Of a DNA stretch of 64,000 nucleotides, positions 10,499-23,712 are shown piece by piece (position 1 is the stretch's first letter; every line of letters begins with the position of its first letter). The DNA lies in contig NC_068981.1 of the NCBI RefSeq assembly GCF_001194135.2, positions 95,755,916 to 95,819,915 on the forward strand. The letters run 5' to 3'. The position numbers and the translations under genes are program-made. The stretch is from Octopus bimaculoides (taxonomy: Eukaryota). Under the pieces are notes generated by a model, which saw only the letters and a program-made list of their open reading frames with translations, ran no database searches and was not told the origin of the DNA.

Positions 10499-12429
10499 CC
10501 GGGGTTTTCTGAAAATCTGCCCATCCATTAGATCGCCCATGGACGTTTATTTGGATGGGCAGCTATTTGTGGTTAAAAATTGAAACAGAGTTATTGTTCT
10601 TGTTTGCATTCTGTTTCGATGTTCATTTGCTCTACGTCTGTAGATAAATTCAAAGGATTCTTATTCCCAATAATGGAGTCGAAAGAAAATATATCAAAAC
10701 ATATTCAACGATCATATACCATTAGTGAAAAATTGAGTGCTATTAAATGAGTGAAAGAACATTCTGGCAATTTATCTGCTGCGTCAAGAGACTTAGGTAT
10801 TGATAGAAAACGATTGAGCAAATGGTGCTAAAAAAAAACTGAGTAAATCAATATGTCAGACAAGAGGAGGTGCAGATCAATTGGTGGAGGTAGAGGACGA
10901 GCACACAGAGATCTAGAGATTGAACTCTTACAGTAGATTGTTGTTCAGCGTGCAAACAATATAATTGTAAATTATCGCTGTTTACGGAAATATACTTTTG
11001 AATTGGTAAAAAGGTTTGGAATTGAAATGAACAGCTTTAGATGCTCTGATAAATGGATTTTCAATTTCATGAAATGGAATAAAATGACTGTGAGAAAGAT
11101 TACACATGTTGGTCAAGCAGACAATAAAACACTTGGAGAAAAGGCACAAATCGCCAGTGACTATCTAGATAGCATTCCAGTATTAACAGCAGATAAGGAT
11201 GCTGATCAGATTTATAATATGAATGAAACACCTGTATATGTTGACATGTTGAGTTCAACAACCATAGACTTTGTTGGCAATAAAAATGTAGATGCTAGCC
11301 ACTGTGGTGCTACCAAAGCACGTTTTATTGTTGTGTTGTGTGTTAATGCCACAGGAAAGGTGTTTAAAACAATGATTATCCTTAAAGGATTGAAAAACGT
11401 ACCTAAAATCAAGGTCCCAAAGAATATTTACTTAAGTCTCCAACAGGGGATAAATCACATATGAACTCATGCAGCTGTGGGCTGACAAAGCATTTGGGCA
11501 GAGAACAGCACAACTATTCCATGCTCAAAATTCAGTGCTATTCATGGATGAATGCTCAGTGCACAAAAAAACAGAGCTCTTAGAAGTGTTCAAATGCAAG
11601 AATACAATTCTTAAACTTATACCTCCTAAAACAACATCTTACTTGCAGCCGTTAGATGTATCAATTATTGGTCCAGTCAAGAAAGCCCTTCATGCTGAAT
11701 GGGAGAATTGGTTTCCAAATGGCAAAAAAGAGTGTACAAATAAAGGATATCACAAAAAACCTTATTAAGTGATAGTGAACTTTGTGATCCAAGCTGTTGC
11801 CACTTTAAATAAAGAAACTATAAAGCGTGCTTTTGAATGTTGTGGAATTGGACAGACTGTAGAACACAGCCTCTTAAAACTCATGCTTACAGGATGTTTT
11901 GTCTGGCCTTGAGGTAAAAGCACCAGATGCGCCTAAGGACAAAATTGAAGAAGATGAGATACAAGTAAGTGAAGTTAGCTCTAATGTGAATTATGGCTAA
12001 GCAACAAATGAAGAAATTTGTGACATTTAACTTGAAACTTTTCAGTTATTATCCTACCATAAATGCCCAAGGACATTATTTGTTTATATGGGGCTTCTAT
12101 TCATGTTTTCAATAGTTTAATTTTCAATATTTCCTAATAGATCCATTACTAACTTCAGAATATTTTTTGATATGCTACTTCTTTTAAGGCTGTTTCAGTT
12201 TCTTTATGTCTATATGTCTGATAACTGAAGCGATAGAAGTTCAATGGAATTATATAAAATAAATATGGTTTTTGAGAATATCTTTGTTTTTCCTAGGTGA
12301 AATATTTTACTTCCATATTACCACCCATGTGCACTTATTATAGGTGGGTGGTTATTTAAACCAAAAAATAGTTTTGTAAAATAGAATTTTCTGTTTAACA
12401 GCCCTGGGCAGATTTTCGGAAAACCCTGG
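10499..12429 (+). mobile_element. pogo/Tigger-like DNA transposon with decayed transposase (HTH, CENP-B-type, DDE_1; DD35D)
   Basis: TA TSDs, ~25-bp TIRs CCGGGGTTTTCTGAAAATCTGCCCA; broken ORF from 10673; motifs NMNETP, FMDECSVH, PPKTTSYLQPLD. Confidence 0.88.
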
Positions 12430-12521
12430 TACTAATATTAATAATTTGTTCTGTGTAGTGGGTAATTTAAACTTGTAACAAAAGGATATTTTAACATGAT
12501 TTTTTTTTCTGTTTTTATTAG

Positions 12522-12705
12522 TATTATTGATGCTCGAGAATTTGAATGGGAGAGTCAGCTAAGATTCTATTGGGTACGGGAACCTGATGAGCTCGTTGTC
12601 CGACAATGCACTGGTGATTTTGGTTATGGTTATGAATATATGGGCCTTAATGGACGTTTGGTTATCACTCCATTAACTGACAGGATCTATCTTACTCTAA
12701 CACAG
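12522..12705 (+). CDS. DNAH10: Dynein heavy chain exon 6 (IIDAREFEWESQLRFYW...YGYEYMGLNGRLVITPLTDRIYLTLTQ)
   Basis: AG/GT; entry into AAA1 (RLVITPLTDR). Confidence 0.96.
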
Positions 12706-13329
12706 GTGCGTTTTTCTATTTCTTATACTTTTCCTCCTCCTCCTCCTTCTGCTACTTCTCTTTCTGCTGCTCCCCCTCTTCTTTTCTCACCCCATTTCAT
12801 TTGCCTCTCTTGTTTTTTTCTGTTTGTTCCTCTTTCTCTCTCTGCAAATTAAAGTTTTATACGAATACAAGTTTGTTGCAAATCAGGGAAACAGGTACCA
12901 ATATCAACACATTTTTGGTCCTAAGAAAGACAAGTATATATTCTCTCCCCACCATTTCCAATAAATAAGCCACACTCAAACCATAAAGTAAAAGAGTTAT
13001 TAAGAAAAAAACTGGATTTTAATATTTTCACGATTGTAGTTCATTCCCAGTTGAACCAATGCATAACATTGATTATGCTTCTCTTCATCTGTAATGTTTT
13101 TCTTCTAAACTCCAAATGAAACAATTCAAAGAATTCTTCATTGCAAGGGCTGCCACTGTGTAGAATTCTAGACTGGCTTCACAAAACATTCAATCCAAAA
13201 AATGAATAGCAAACCTGAAAGTTCCAGACTTAATCTTTTTGTTTTTTGCTGTTGATTTATAAAATGGGATTGAATAGAAGCTACTGGACCATTATCTGGT
13301 GAAGTAGAATATGCTCAAGTCGCTCATAT

Positions 13330-13560
13330 CATTGATTACGTGTGAGTCATTCTAAATGACTGGTATAGCAGTATCATTATCATCTACTACAAGAAGAAAG
13401 GAGATACTCTAGAAAAGACAGCTATAAAGATATTGAATGATTGGATTTACTAAGGAAAGTAACTGGATGGTTTATAGCACAACTTATTAAAAAGAAAATT
13501 GTCATAGTTCCTGGTGTATAAGAAACACTATTGCTTAAGATGCAGCCCCAAGTTACAACT
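13330..13560 (+). mobile_element. Old RTE RT-domain fragment
   Basis: Resembles 50300-50450 (NDW.SS.I..YK.KGD.L...IAQL). Confidence 0.5.
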
Positions 13561-14214
13561 ATATATTGTGGAAAAAAGAAATATAGTATGTTTCATTGTA
13601 TACTTATTGAAAGATCTTTTAAAGTGGTTTTGTAGGGGAAAATGTACAATTTTGTGCATTAAATACAATCATTAGATAGTATACTGAAATAAAGTATGAA
13701 ACCATAAATTTATCACAAATAAACTACATTATATGAGTACCATATTTTAACTTCATTTTCTTTCAGATCAACTGTATAGTTGTCTATATTTTGGTCAAGA
13801 GAATTGCCATACAGGATGCAAAACTTGTATTTTTTGCTCTGATGTTTTGTTACCATGATCAGCCACCAGGATGGCACCCCACTGCTTTGGTTTTGTTATC
13901 ATCCACTTGTTGTAAATAGCTGATAGGTGGATGAAAATCTAATATTCTTTTCATTGTTCTAGGAGAATTTTTATTTAGACAATTAAAAGAATGTTTCTCA
14001 AAGGTAATTCAGTCATTAAATAATGTAAAACATATCAGGTGTTGGTTATGAATGCAAAGGTAGGAGGTATAATGAGATGATGTGACCTCCTTAACATAAT
14101 TGATGGTGTACTGCAAGCAATTTTTCATCAATTTGTGCTAACAGCCTGTAATATTTTGGTTTGTTTTCAATATTTTATTATTACATAACAATTACTGTGT
14201 CTAGTGAACTTAAG

Positions 14215-14520
14215 TGAAGATATGTGACTTAGTGGTTAGGGTATTCAGCTCATGATCATAAGGTCGTGAGTTCAATTCCCAGCAATGCGTTGTGTCCATG
14301 AGCAAGACACTTTATTTCACATTGCTCCAGTCCACTCAGCTGACAAAAATGAGTAGTACATGTATTTCAAAGGGCCAGCCTTGTCACACTGTGTCATGCT
14401 GAATCTTTCTGAGAACTATGTTATGGGTACACGTGTCTGTGGAGTGCTCAGCCAATGGTACGTTAATTTCACGAGCAAGCTGTTCTGTTGATCATAACCA
14501 ACGGAGTGCTCCTCCTTGTG
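14215..14520 (+). mobile_element. tRNA-derived CORE-like SINE family C
   Basis: A/B-box head, TTGTGTCCATGAGCAAGACACTT; 3' half shared with the 19940 family. Confidence 0.75.
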
Positions 14521-15129
14521 AACTTATGATTATCTGGCTTCCAGCCTATGACACTCAGTCTTTCATCTGTAATATGACATTAGAAGTAGGGGAGTTTTTT
14601 TAAGATACATTTTAAAATTGAAAAAGTGAATCTTATATGCTAGCAAATATGGTACCTTACATGAGATACAGTTCAGTTTAATGCCAGGATGGGTATCACT
14701 GGTGCTTTTTTACCTAATGAGACAATTTCAGGAATTCTTAGTGAAGAGTAAATTAATATACCTAGCATTCATTGACTTGTAGTAAATGAATGCTTGGTTT
14801 AGGACTTGTAATCAATGTATGCTCTGTAGTCTTGTGGTACTTAAAAACAAACTAGGCATAATTGAATGGTAAGTTGAAAATGACAGTAAATTGAAAGTTA
14901 GTAATAAATCCAATGAGTAATTTAGTATGCAGATAGGAGTCCATCAGGGTCAGCTCTTAATTCCCTTTTGTTTATTACAAATCTACATGTTACAATAGAA
15001 GAGTTTTTTTCTGGCAGTCCATGGGAAAATCTCTAAGCCAATGAGTTTGTTCCCACAATGGAATCTGATGAAGAATAAGTAATGAAATTCCAAATGTAGA
15101 AGCAAAGTCTAGAATTGAGAAGTCTTAAA

Positions 15130-15905
15130 GTAAATCTAGGAATATTTTAGCTAGCAAGAAAGACAGGTCTCTACAGCTATCTGGAAACTGACAATGCTTG
15201 CTGTGCAGAAAATGAGTAGGAAGGAATATCATATGATGTGGCCAAAGTAAATTATGGGTGCACATGAAAAGCAGTGAGATCACAAGTATATGAGTAGGAG
15301 CATATACATTTGCATAGGAGTAACTAGTAATATAGGTAACCATGAAATTGATAGCTTCTCTTACCAAGGTGACTAAACAGTTGAGGGAGGTACTCTGAAA
15401 GCATAGTAGCCAAATTAAGAAAGAGCTGACAAAGCTTAAAGAGAAATTTATGTGTACTGGTAATGAAAGGGTTCTCTCAACAAACAAAGGATAGAGTGTA
15501 TACTGCTTGTATATGAGCTTGTATATGAAGTAAAACATGAGCATTGAGTGTCTGAAGGCTTGAAAAAAATGAAGTAGGCATGCTTCACTGAATATGATAT
15601 GTTTGCATGTATGAGTGATGGAGCACAAACCACTGACAAAAAATAAGTATAAGAGGAATCAATGTAATGTGTTAGAGAGAGACTGATATGGACATAGGTT
15701 GCATATGAAGACCAACAATTGTGTAATGAAGACAAAGACTGATAAAGACATGGGAAGAAATGGTGAAGGCTGATCTCAGGAGGCTGATTCTCACAAAGGA
15801 GCTGACAAAGAACCACAACATGTGGCAAGATGCTGTGTTGAAGAAGACAAGTGCAATCCATGCAAGTATGGAAAAATAAACATTATGATGATGATGATGA
15901 TGATT
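15130..15905 (+). mobile_element. Old, heavily decayed RTE 3' region with (GAT)n tail
   Basis: Similar to 51190-51600; (GAT)n at ~15887-15903. Confidence 0.6.
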
Positions 15906-15972
15906 AGAAATATGTACAATTGAAAAAATTTCATATTCGAGAACATTTCTTTAAGCTAATTTTATATTTCAG

Positions 15973-16107
15973 GCTTTATCAATGCAATTGGGAGGAGCTC
16001 CTGCTGGCCCTGCAGGAACTGGTAAAACAGAAACAACCAAAGACCTTGCCAAAGCACTGGGTCTTCTCTGTGTGGTAACCAACTGTGGTGAAGGGATGGA
16101 CTTTAAG
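15973..16107 (+). CDS. DNAH10: Dynein heavy chain exon 7, AAA1 Walker A ([19 protein letters not shown])
   Basis: tttcag/gttaat, 45 codons, P-loop; absent from ORF track. Confidence 0.96.
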
Positions 16108-16835
16108 GTTAATTTCTTATAACTTATTTAATCATTTTCTTTTTTATCTCCAGTTTGTTGGCAAGATTTGAATGTGGATCTTTAAAGACTGAACTATGTA
16201 AATGACTATATTGTGTGTATGAGTGTGTACATGCGTGTATGTGTGTGTGTGCGTGTGTGTGTTTTTCTCAACTTTACCAAACTACTGGAATAACACTGGG
16301 TTAGGTGTGGTACCTGCACCTACCTCTGAATGATTACTCACAAAAGAGGAATCCTCATGATCCATTTGACTAAGAATTTACCTTTAACTGTCAATGAACT
16401 TGTCTCTCAGTGAGATGCAAATTCATTGTTAGAGATAAATTTGCCTTTTATCTCTGTGGAGATAATGCTCTGTGTAGATATTATGTGGAGCCATGCTCAC
16501 AGCCCTTGTAGTTCCTCCTATGATTAAGAAAAGTGTTAGCCTGATAAGCTTGATATGTTTGCTTCTTAGTTTAAATTTCTGCAGGTTGTTTAAAGGTTGA
16601 AATGTTGTCAGAAAGAGTTTCAGTTTTTGGGGTAAGGTTTAAGCAAAGTGAATCTGTGTGCGAGATACAGTACAGGTAATGAAAGGAGACAAAATTAGAG
16701 GGTTGTGAGAAAATTTGTATATAGGAGTTGGGTACACTCTGGGGAGTCATCTCTAGTTAAGCATTGGCCTACATTGAAAAATTAACCACTTTATGTAAGA
16801 AAATCTTTTTCTCTGTATTCTTATTTTCTTTTCAG

Positions 16836-16988
16836 GCTGTTGGCAAAATCTTGTCCGGACTTGCCCAATCTGGAGCTTGGGGTTGCTTTGATGAATTTAA
16901 CCGAATTGAAGCATCTGTGCTCTCTGTTATTTCAACCCAAATGAAAACCATTCAGAATGCCCTGATCCTAAAGCTGAAGAAATTCCAT
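16836..16988 (+). CDS. DNAH10: Dynein heavy chain exon 8, AAA1 Walker B ([12 protein letters not shown])
   Basis: AG/GT, 51 codons. Confidence 0.96.
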
Positions 16989-17624
16989 GTAAAAATATCA
17001 TCTTTGTCAATATTCTCATTTATTGCTTTGTACAGAGACCAGTGAAACTCTTTTTCTCTACATTGTTAAAGGGAGACTGACACCATACATGTCTTACATT
17101 GGCACCAGGACTCAGGCTTTTATGGGAGGAGAAATGAGATTAAGTGACATTTATACCTTTCTTAAAGGCAATAGTGGCACAAAGGGAAATAGTTATCATC
17201 AGGAATTGAAACTAGGCCTTGCATCAATCAACAAGAGAGCCTTATATGTTTACTCTGCTTCTTAGTAATAGTTGCCTAATCTCCCCTAAATTACACCTAT
17301 CACCATCTTGAAAAAGAAAGAACACCTTAGATAATGAAGTCCTAAATGTTTGAAGAAACAAAGATAGTATGTTTTTTTTACTGAATGCCTTTAAACATAT
17401 GTTTGTTGAATCAGGACTGACCTAGGGCTAATCAACAAACAGGCCATGCACTTCACTGGATTAGAGCTTAGCTCTAATCCAGTGAATAATGTGTAGCATA
17501 ATAAAAATTGTGGCAGTTGTAAATGTGATTATCATTGTTAGCATTGGTGTTGGCATTGGCAGTATGTTGTCATAAATGGTGGTGGATTGACAGAATCTAT
17601 AAGAACATGCCTTGCAGTATTTAT

Positions 17625-18297
17625 TCTGGCACTTTACATTCTTGGTTCAAATCTTGCTGAAGTCAGCTAAGACTTTCATGCCTCTGGGGCTGATAAAGCA
17701 CCAGGCAAGTACAGGGGTTGATTTAATTGATTAGCTCCCTCCGCTTATGATTGGTAGCTTTGTGCCTGAATAAGAAACCATTATTATTATTAGCATTAAA
17801 CAATGAGTTGGCATGAGAGGCAGAAAGCTTAGCAACATTTTGTTTGTTTTTACATTCTGAGTTTAAATTCTGCTGAGGTCAACTTTGCCTTTCATCTTTT
17901 TGAGGTTGATGAAATAAGTACCAGTTAAACACTGGGGCTAATGTAATCAACCAGCCCTCTTCCCCACACTTGATAAATGATAGTGAGAGGTCAATTGTTT
18001 GTTGCAACCTAAATTTTTACCAAAATACATCATACTTTCTTTAGCTCTCAGTTTTTGCTGAAAGCCTTAAACTGTTTCTTATTTCTTTATTGCCCACAAG
18101 GGGCTAAACATAGAGGGGACAAACAAGGACAGACAAAGGGATTAAGTCGATTACATCGACCCCAGTGCGGAACTGGTACTTAATTTATCGACCCCGAAAG
18201 GATGAAAGGCAAAGTTGACCTCGGCGAAATTTGAACTCAGAATGTAATGGCAGACGAAAAGCCGCTTAGCATTTCGCCTGGCGCTAACATTTCTGCC
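17625..18297. mobile_element. Cluster of three SINE family A copies (two +, one - at 18088-18297 with a different tail)
   Basis: Shared core; the minus copy retains CpGs. Confidence 0.75.
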
Positions 18298-18834
18298 ACC
18301 ATTGATACTTCAACATGATAGGAGCAACAGCAGCAAGAAAGTATCTAGCAGCCAGCAACTATCTGACAAGTACTATGATAACCAGCTACTTCACTGCTGT
18401 TATAGCACACACTCATGTAAATTGCTAACCATTTTAATTCAAGCATTCGTACATACTATCAAACTTATTTACACCTGAATCAGTAAAGGTTCAAGAAAAA
18501 GTTGATTGATGGAATTCTGGTTTAAGTAGCCAATGTAACCCCTAATAACTTTTTATTTATTTTTTTGAACTGTCAGAAAACTTTTGCAAATTCATGTTCT
18601 ACACAGTGGAATTCATACAATTATATATAAAAAAAAAAAATTTGTGTGATTTAAGGGTGATTTAGCTAATATTTTCAGCACATCTTACGACTACCAGATA
18701 CCTTCCTTGTTTCTTTGTCACTCTGACATGTATTGATGTCTTTCAATATATTTCTTCCCATAAACACATTTAATGGAATGATGATGCACCCAAAAGTGGT
18801 CCAATACTGGGAATTAAGCCAAAAATTTGGACTT

Positions 18835-19275
18835 CTTTTTACTTGTTTCAGTCATTTGACTGTGGCCATGCTGGAGCGCTATCTTGAAAGGTTTTAGTCA
18901 AACAAGTCAACCCCAGGATTTATTTTTTTGAAGCCTAGTACTTATTTTATCAGTCTCTTTTGCCAAACTGCTAAGTTACAGGGATGAAAAACACACCAGC
19001 ACTGGTTGTTAAACAGTGATGGGGGTACAAACTCAGACACAAAGACACACACACACATAGATATATACATATATATATGTGTGTGTGTGTGTTTATATAT
19101 ATATATATGTATATATACGATGGGCGTCTTTCAGTTACTGTCTACCAAATCCACTCACAAGGCTTTGGTCAGCCTGAGGCTATAGTAGAAGACACTTGCC
19201 CAAGGTACCATGCAGTGGGACTGAACCCAGAACCATGCAGTCGGGAAGCAAGCTTCTTACCACACAGCCATATCT
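18835..19275 (-). mobile_element. Composite SINE family D, alternative tail
   Basis: Same head/CORE-like part as 4811; same tail as 35290. Confidence 0.72.
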
Positions 19276-19660
19276 ACACCTGTCCATATTTTAAATTCTG
19301 ATTTTAAAAAAGAAATTTAAAAAGAGTGGAAATTTTAGGATTTATAATGGTGGTGGTGGTGTGTTTAAAAAATTAGAAAAAATTTTTTCCCCCCCACATA
19401 ATTGTATGAATTCTTGTGTAGAACACAAATTTGCAAAAATTTTCTGAAAATTCCAAAAAATAAAAATGTTACGAGGGGTTATATGGAATCTTAAAACAGA
19501 ATTCTGCTGGTTAATTTTCTTATCTCAAAATATATGTTTGAAATATTTGCATATTTGATATGACAAAAACTTGAATAGGCTCCAGTACACAATGGCACTT
19601 TACAGTAATTGGGTTGTACAAAGTAAAGATATTGCATTGCAATTTTTTCTTTCTTTTCAG

Positions 19661-19849
19661 TTTGAAGGACAAGAAATTAGCCTTGATCCCAGAGTTGGCA
19701 TTTTCATCACTATGAACCCTGGATATGCTGGACGTACTGAACTTCCTGAATCAGTGAAGGCATTATTTCGTCCTGTTGTTGTTATTGTTCCTGATCTGCA
19801 GCAAATATGTGAGATTATGCTTTTCTCTGAAGGATTTCTAATGGCTAAG
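19661..19849 (+). CDS. DNAH10: Dynein heavy chain exon 9 ([25 protein letters not shown])
   Basis: AG/GTAAGT, 63 codons, invariant dynein motif. Confidence 0.97.
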
Positions 19850-19939
19850 GTAAGTATACCAGAAATTGGTTATATTGAATTGACTGAGTATCAGTGTGAA
19901 TTGCTGCTGCTGGTTGTTGTTGGATTATTGCTACCAATG

Positions 19940-20324
19940 TGGAGGCGCAATGGCCCAGTGGTTAGGGCAGCGGACTCGCGGTCATAGGATCACGGTTTCG
20001 ATTCCCAGACCGGGCGATGTGAGTGTTTATTGAGCGAAAACACCTAAAGCTCCACGAGGCTCCGGCAGGGGATGGTGGCGAACCCTGCTGTACTCTTTCA
20101 CCACAACTTTCTCTCACTCTTTCTGTTGTACCTGTAATTCAAAGGGTCAGCCTTGTCACACTGTGTCACGCTGAATATCCCCAAGAACTACGTTAAGGGT
20201 ACATGTGTCTGTGGAGTGCTCAGCCACATGCACGTTAATTTCACGAGCAGGCTGTTCCGTTGATCGGATCAACTGGAACCCTTGACGTTGTAAGCGACGG
20301 AGTGCCAACAACAACAACAACAAC
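19940..20324 (+). mobile_element. Young tRNA-derived SINE family B, (CAA)n tail, 13-bp TSD
   Basis: A box TGGCCCAGTGG, B box GGTTTCGATTCC; TSD ATTGCTACCAATG at 19927-19939 and 20325-20337. Confidence 0.9.
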
Positions 20325-21089
20325 ATTGCTACCAATGCATTTACTTTGATTCTTTAGACATGGGGCAGAAATCAGTGATGCCCTTTGCATGTAGTGATAC
20401 CACCTGCAATGGAATTAATTTACATATAAATTATTTTAGAAAAAGTCATATCAATGAAGGGCCACCATTTCACTGATTTTAATTTACAGCAAATCCTTGG
20501 AACTCAAGAGCTTGCTGTCCTAGGTTAGTATGATAAAAGTCATGCCAGTTGTGGTCCTTTACCTGTTCATTTTTTTGTTGTTGTTAATACTGTTTAGCAC
20601 CTGGTCAGCCTTGATCAAGTAGAGATATGATGATATTTTAGTAGCGATTGTCTTGTTTTTTTTTTATTTTGTCTTTGTTTCAGTTATAGTATATCTGGTG
20701 AACTTTATTATCTAAAATATTCTTCTTTTCCTTAAAAATGGTGGAGGGTATTATGAGTGTGCCTACCAGATTGAGCAACTGTGTAGAGATTCTCTCATTG
20801 ATTCATCTTTATTTTTGTGTTTTTCTGACATGACTTTTGTAATATGCCCTTCTTTTCTAAGATGGCAGAGTGTGAGTTGAAGGATTTTTGAGTTCTATTT
20901 CTAGTAAGTTAAATGGCTCCATCTTCTCAACTTAGGTTGATTTCAAGAGGTTGGCTTCACTAACGAAAGCAAATACATATATAATGAACAGACCAAAAAG
21001 AAGCCATATGGTGTTAGAATAGTCAAACAACTGTTTAGAAATGGTCCAATCATAAAAATCAACATAGTGATAGAGGATTTGCACCTGTT

Positions 21090-21265
21090 TCATCATCATC
21101 ATCATCATCATTTAACGTCCGCTTTCCATGCTAGCATGGGTTGGACGATTTGACTGAGGACTGATGAACCGGATGACTCCACCAGGCTCCAATCTGATTT
21201 GGCAGAGTTTCTACAGCTGGATGCCCTTCTTAATGCCAACCACTCCAAGAGTGTAGTGGGTGTTA
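21090..21265 (-). mobile_element. RTE LINE 3' tail fragment
   Basis: (CAT)n-TTTAACGTCCGCTTTCCATGCTAGCATGGG. Confidence 0.85.
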
Positions 21266-21375
21266 TTTTATTTACCTTGTGAGGTAGTCTGTGAATGGGT
21301 TGACTTAAAAGTTAGCAGCTTTATGGTGATATTTTACTGTGATTACATAAAACCCGTTACTTTATTACTTTTCAG

Positions 21376-21522
21376 ATATTGGCTAAGAAAATGACAGTCC
21401 TGTATAAACTGGCCAAAGAACAGCTCTCTAAGCAGTATCATTATGATTTTGGGTTGAGAGCTCTAAAATCGGTTTTAGTCATGGCTGGTGAGCTGAAACG
21501 ACAGTCTTCTGATCTTCCTGAA
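21376..21522 (+). CDS. DNAH10: Dynein heavy chain exon 10 ([20 protein letters not shown])
   Basis: AG/GTAAGT, 49 codons. Confidence 0.96.
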
Positions 21523-23520
21523 GTAAGTTACTTTCATAATTTTGTCAGAACTGACATTAGTTCTAAAAATTATATAAGCCATTTTATTGTACCTGACATA
21601 AATTAATGTTCTGGAAGACTAATACAAGATTGAAAATATGATACATTTAAATACGTTTAACTAACTGTGAATGCAGAAATGAAGAACATATGATAAAAAA
21701 TCAAAAACGAGTAACAAGTGTATTTAGTATACATGTGAATACAAGTGTTTATTGAATACAAAGTCACTTACACAATAATACAATGAGTAGATAGCTTCAT
21801 TGATCAAACAATAGAATAGATTCCCATGCAAATGAACTTGATAATAATTAATAGTAACCATATTATAATGGCTGGTGACTTACATGGATATGTTGAGTAA
21901 TGCTTAGCAGCTATTTCAGTGTGTATGAAGGCTATTGATATGGTATGAGGAATAAGGTAAAATGAAGGCTCTTGGAGTTCTGTGGTGCAAATGTAAACTA
22001 TTTGCAATACTAGATAGAAGAAACAAGCCATTATCTGATTGCCTTTCAATCAGGTGAATATGTAAGCCAGAGAGACTTCCTACTTACCAGGAACTGGGAT
22101 AGACTACTGTTTGTGACTAGTAGCTTCTTGCCAAAGAAGAATGTATATTATATATTACTGAGCTATACTGGTGATCAGCAACATCAGAATAAGAACTACA
22201 CAGGCACAAAATAATCCAGAAAAAAGAAGTTCTAGAAACTAAGAGATCTCTTGGTCAGGCAACGGTTCAAAGAAAGATAGAGACCTATAATATATAAGAC
22301 ACCTGGAAGTTTCTATGCAACGACTTGCTGTGAGCTACAGATCAGATCTCTCAGTGGAAAAATTCCAGACTGGCTGAAGGTAGTATTATAGTGGAATGGC
22401 ACAGTAGCTAGATCTATAAAGGTTAAAAGACAAGCATAGAAAAATTAGAAGAAAAGGGAGAGAAAAGAACAATATGAGGTAACTTGAAGAGAAGTTAGAC
22501 ACATCATGATATATGTAGAGTGAAGAGAAGCATATTGTAAGAGGTTTGCCAATATTCAGTGAAGAGAGTCTCAGAGTTTTGAGGTATTTCAGATTGGAAA
22601 ATAGTGTTTCAGTGGGAATCAAGATGTTGCTTGAGAAAGGTTTGTATGTAATGGTAGTGGTGCACTTGTTGTCACTGGCAGTGAGAAGAATAGGCATGGA
22701 AATATAACCATGAAAGATGACTGCTTGGGGAGAATGTTTAGGAAATAGAAAGGTGCTTCAAGTTAACCCAACCAAGGGATCAACTATAGAAACTGACAGC
22801 TATATAGTGGACAGTATTAATGATATTGAGACAGTGCAAATTGCTGGATCTTCAGGAAGAGTTGATGAGACGCTGAAAATATCTGACTAAATAGGATGCA
22901 TATTCATTACTTGCATAGTCATTCAAGTAATATAGGGAGCGTCATTCCTAATTATTGGTATAACCTCAATGTCATCATAAAAGCACAGAGGAGTTGTTCT
23001 AGAAAGAACAACTGCAGTGACATTAAGCTAATGAATTAATTTACAAAAAAGAGTTATAGCGCAACTAATTTGTCATTTACAAGCTCATGCAGGAGTACTT
23101 ACTTCATCTGTCACCCAGACAAAAGTAGAGACTAGCATATGATAAATAAGAAGCAGTGCCTGTTCTTATTTGCATATCAGCACATTTGTTAGCAACATAT
23201 TAACTGAAGTACTGAGACAGCCTGTCTGTAGATAAAACATAAATTTACATGTGTATCTATGTCTCTGTCTGTCTATCTCTCTGCCTACCTGCCTGCCTGT
23301 CTGCCTGCCTGCCTGCCTGTCTGTCTGTCTGTCTTTGTTAGTTTGTCTGTCTCCCTCCACCTCTCTCTCTCGCTCTCTCTCACCAAAATTATATAATGTT
23401 AAACTGAAAATATAAATAAAATTTATTTAAAATATGATTCTGTAGTGTTTCCTGTTTATTAAAGTTATTTGTTGTGATTTATGTGAAACTTTTATGATGT
23501 CTCATTGTTTCTTCTTCCAG

Positions 23521-23712
23521 GATGTTGTTCTGATGAGAGCCCTCAGAGATATGAATTTGCCAAAATTTGTTTTTGAAGATGTTCCTCTTTTCTTGGGTTT
23601 GATTTTTGACTTGTTCCCAAGTTTGGACTGTCCTCGTGTTGGCTATCCTGATTTCAACAGTGCAGTTGAAGCTGTTCTTTCAGAGAAGAATTATATTATT
23701 ATACCCCAGCAG
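23521..23712 (+). CDS. DNAH10: Dynein heavy chain exon 11 (DVVLMRALRDMNLPKFVFEDVPLFLGLIFDLFP)
   Basis: AG/GT, 64 codons. Confidence 0.96.

Noticed and set aside
15063-15090. CTGATGA...TGAAATT hammerhead-like string
   Set aside because: No stem II pairing and no NUH with stem III.
19940-20012. tRNA gene (also 14215, 30105)
   Set aside because: A/B-box heads continue into SINE bodies with tails and TSDs; no complete cloverleaf.
20940-20975. TTCAAGA-GGTTGG...CTAAC-GAAAG hairpin
   Set aside because: Core mismatched, no stem III or cleavage triplet.
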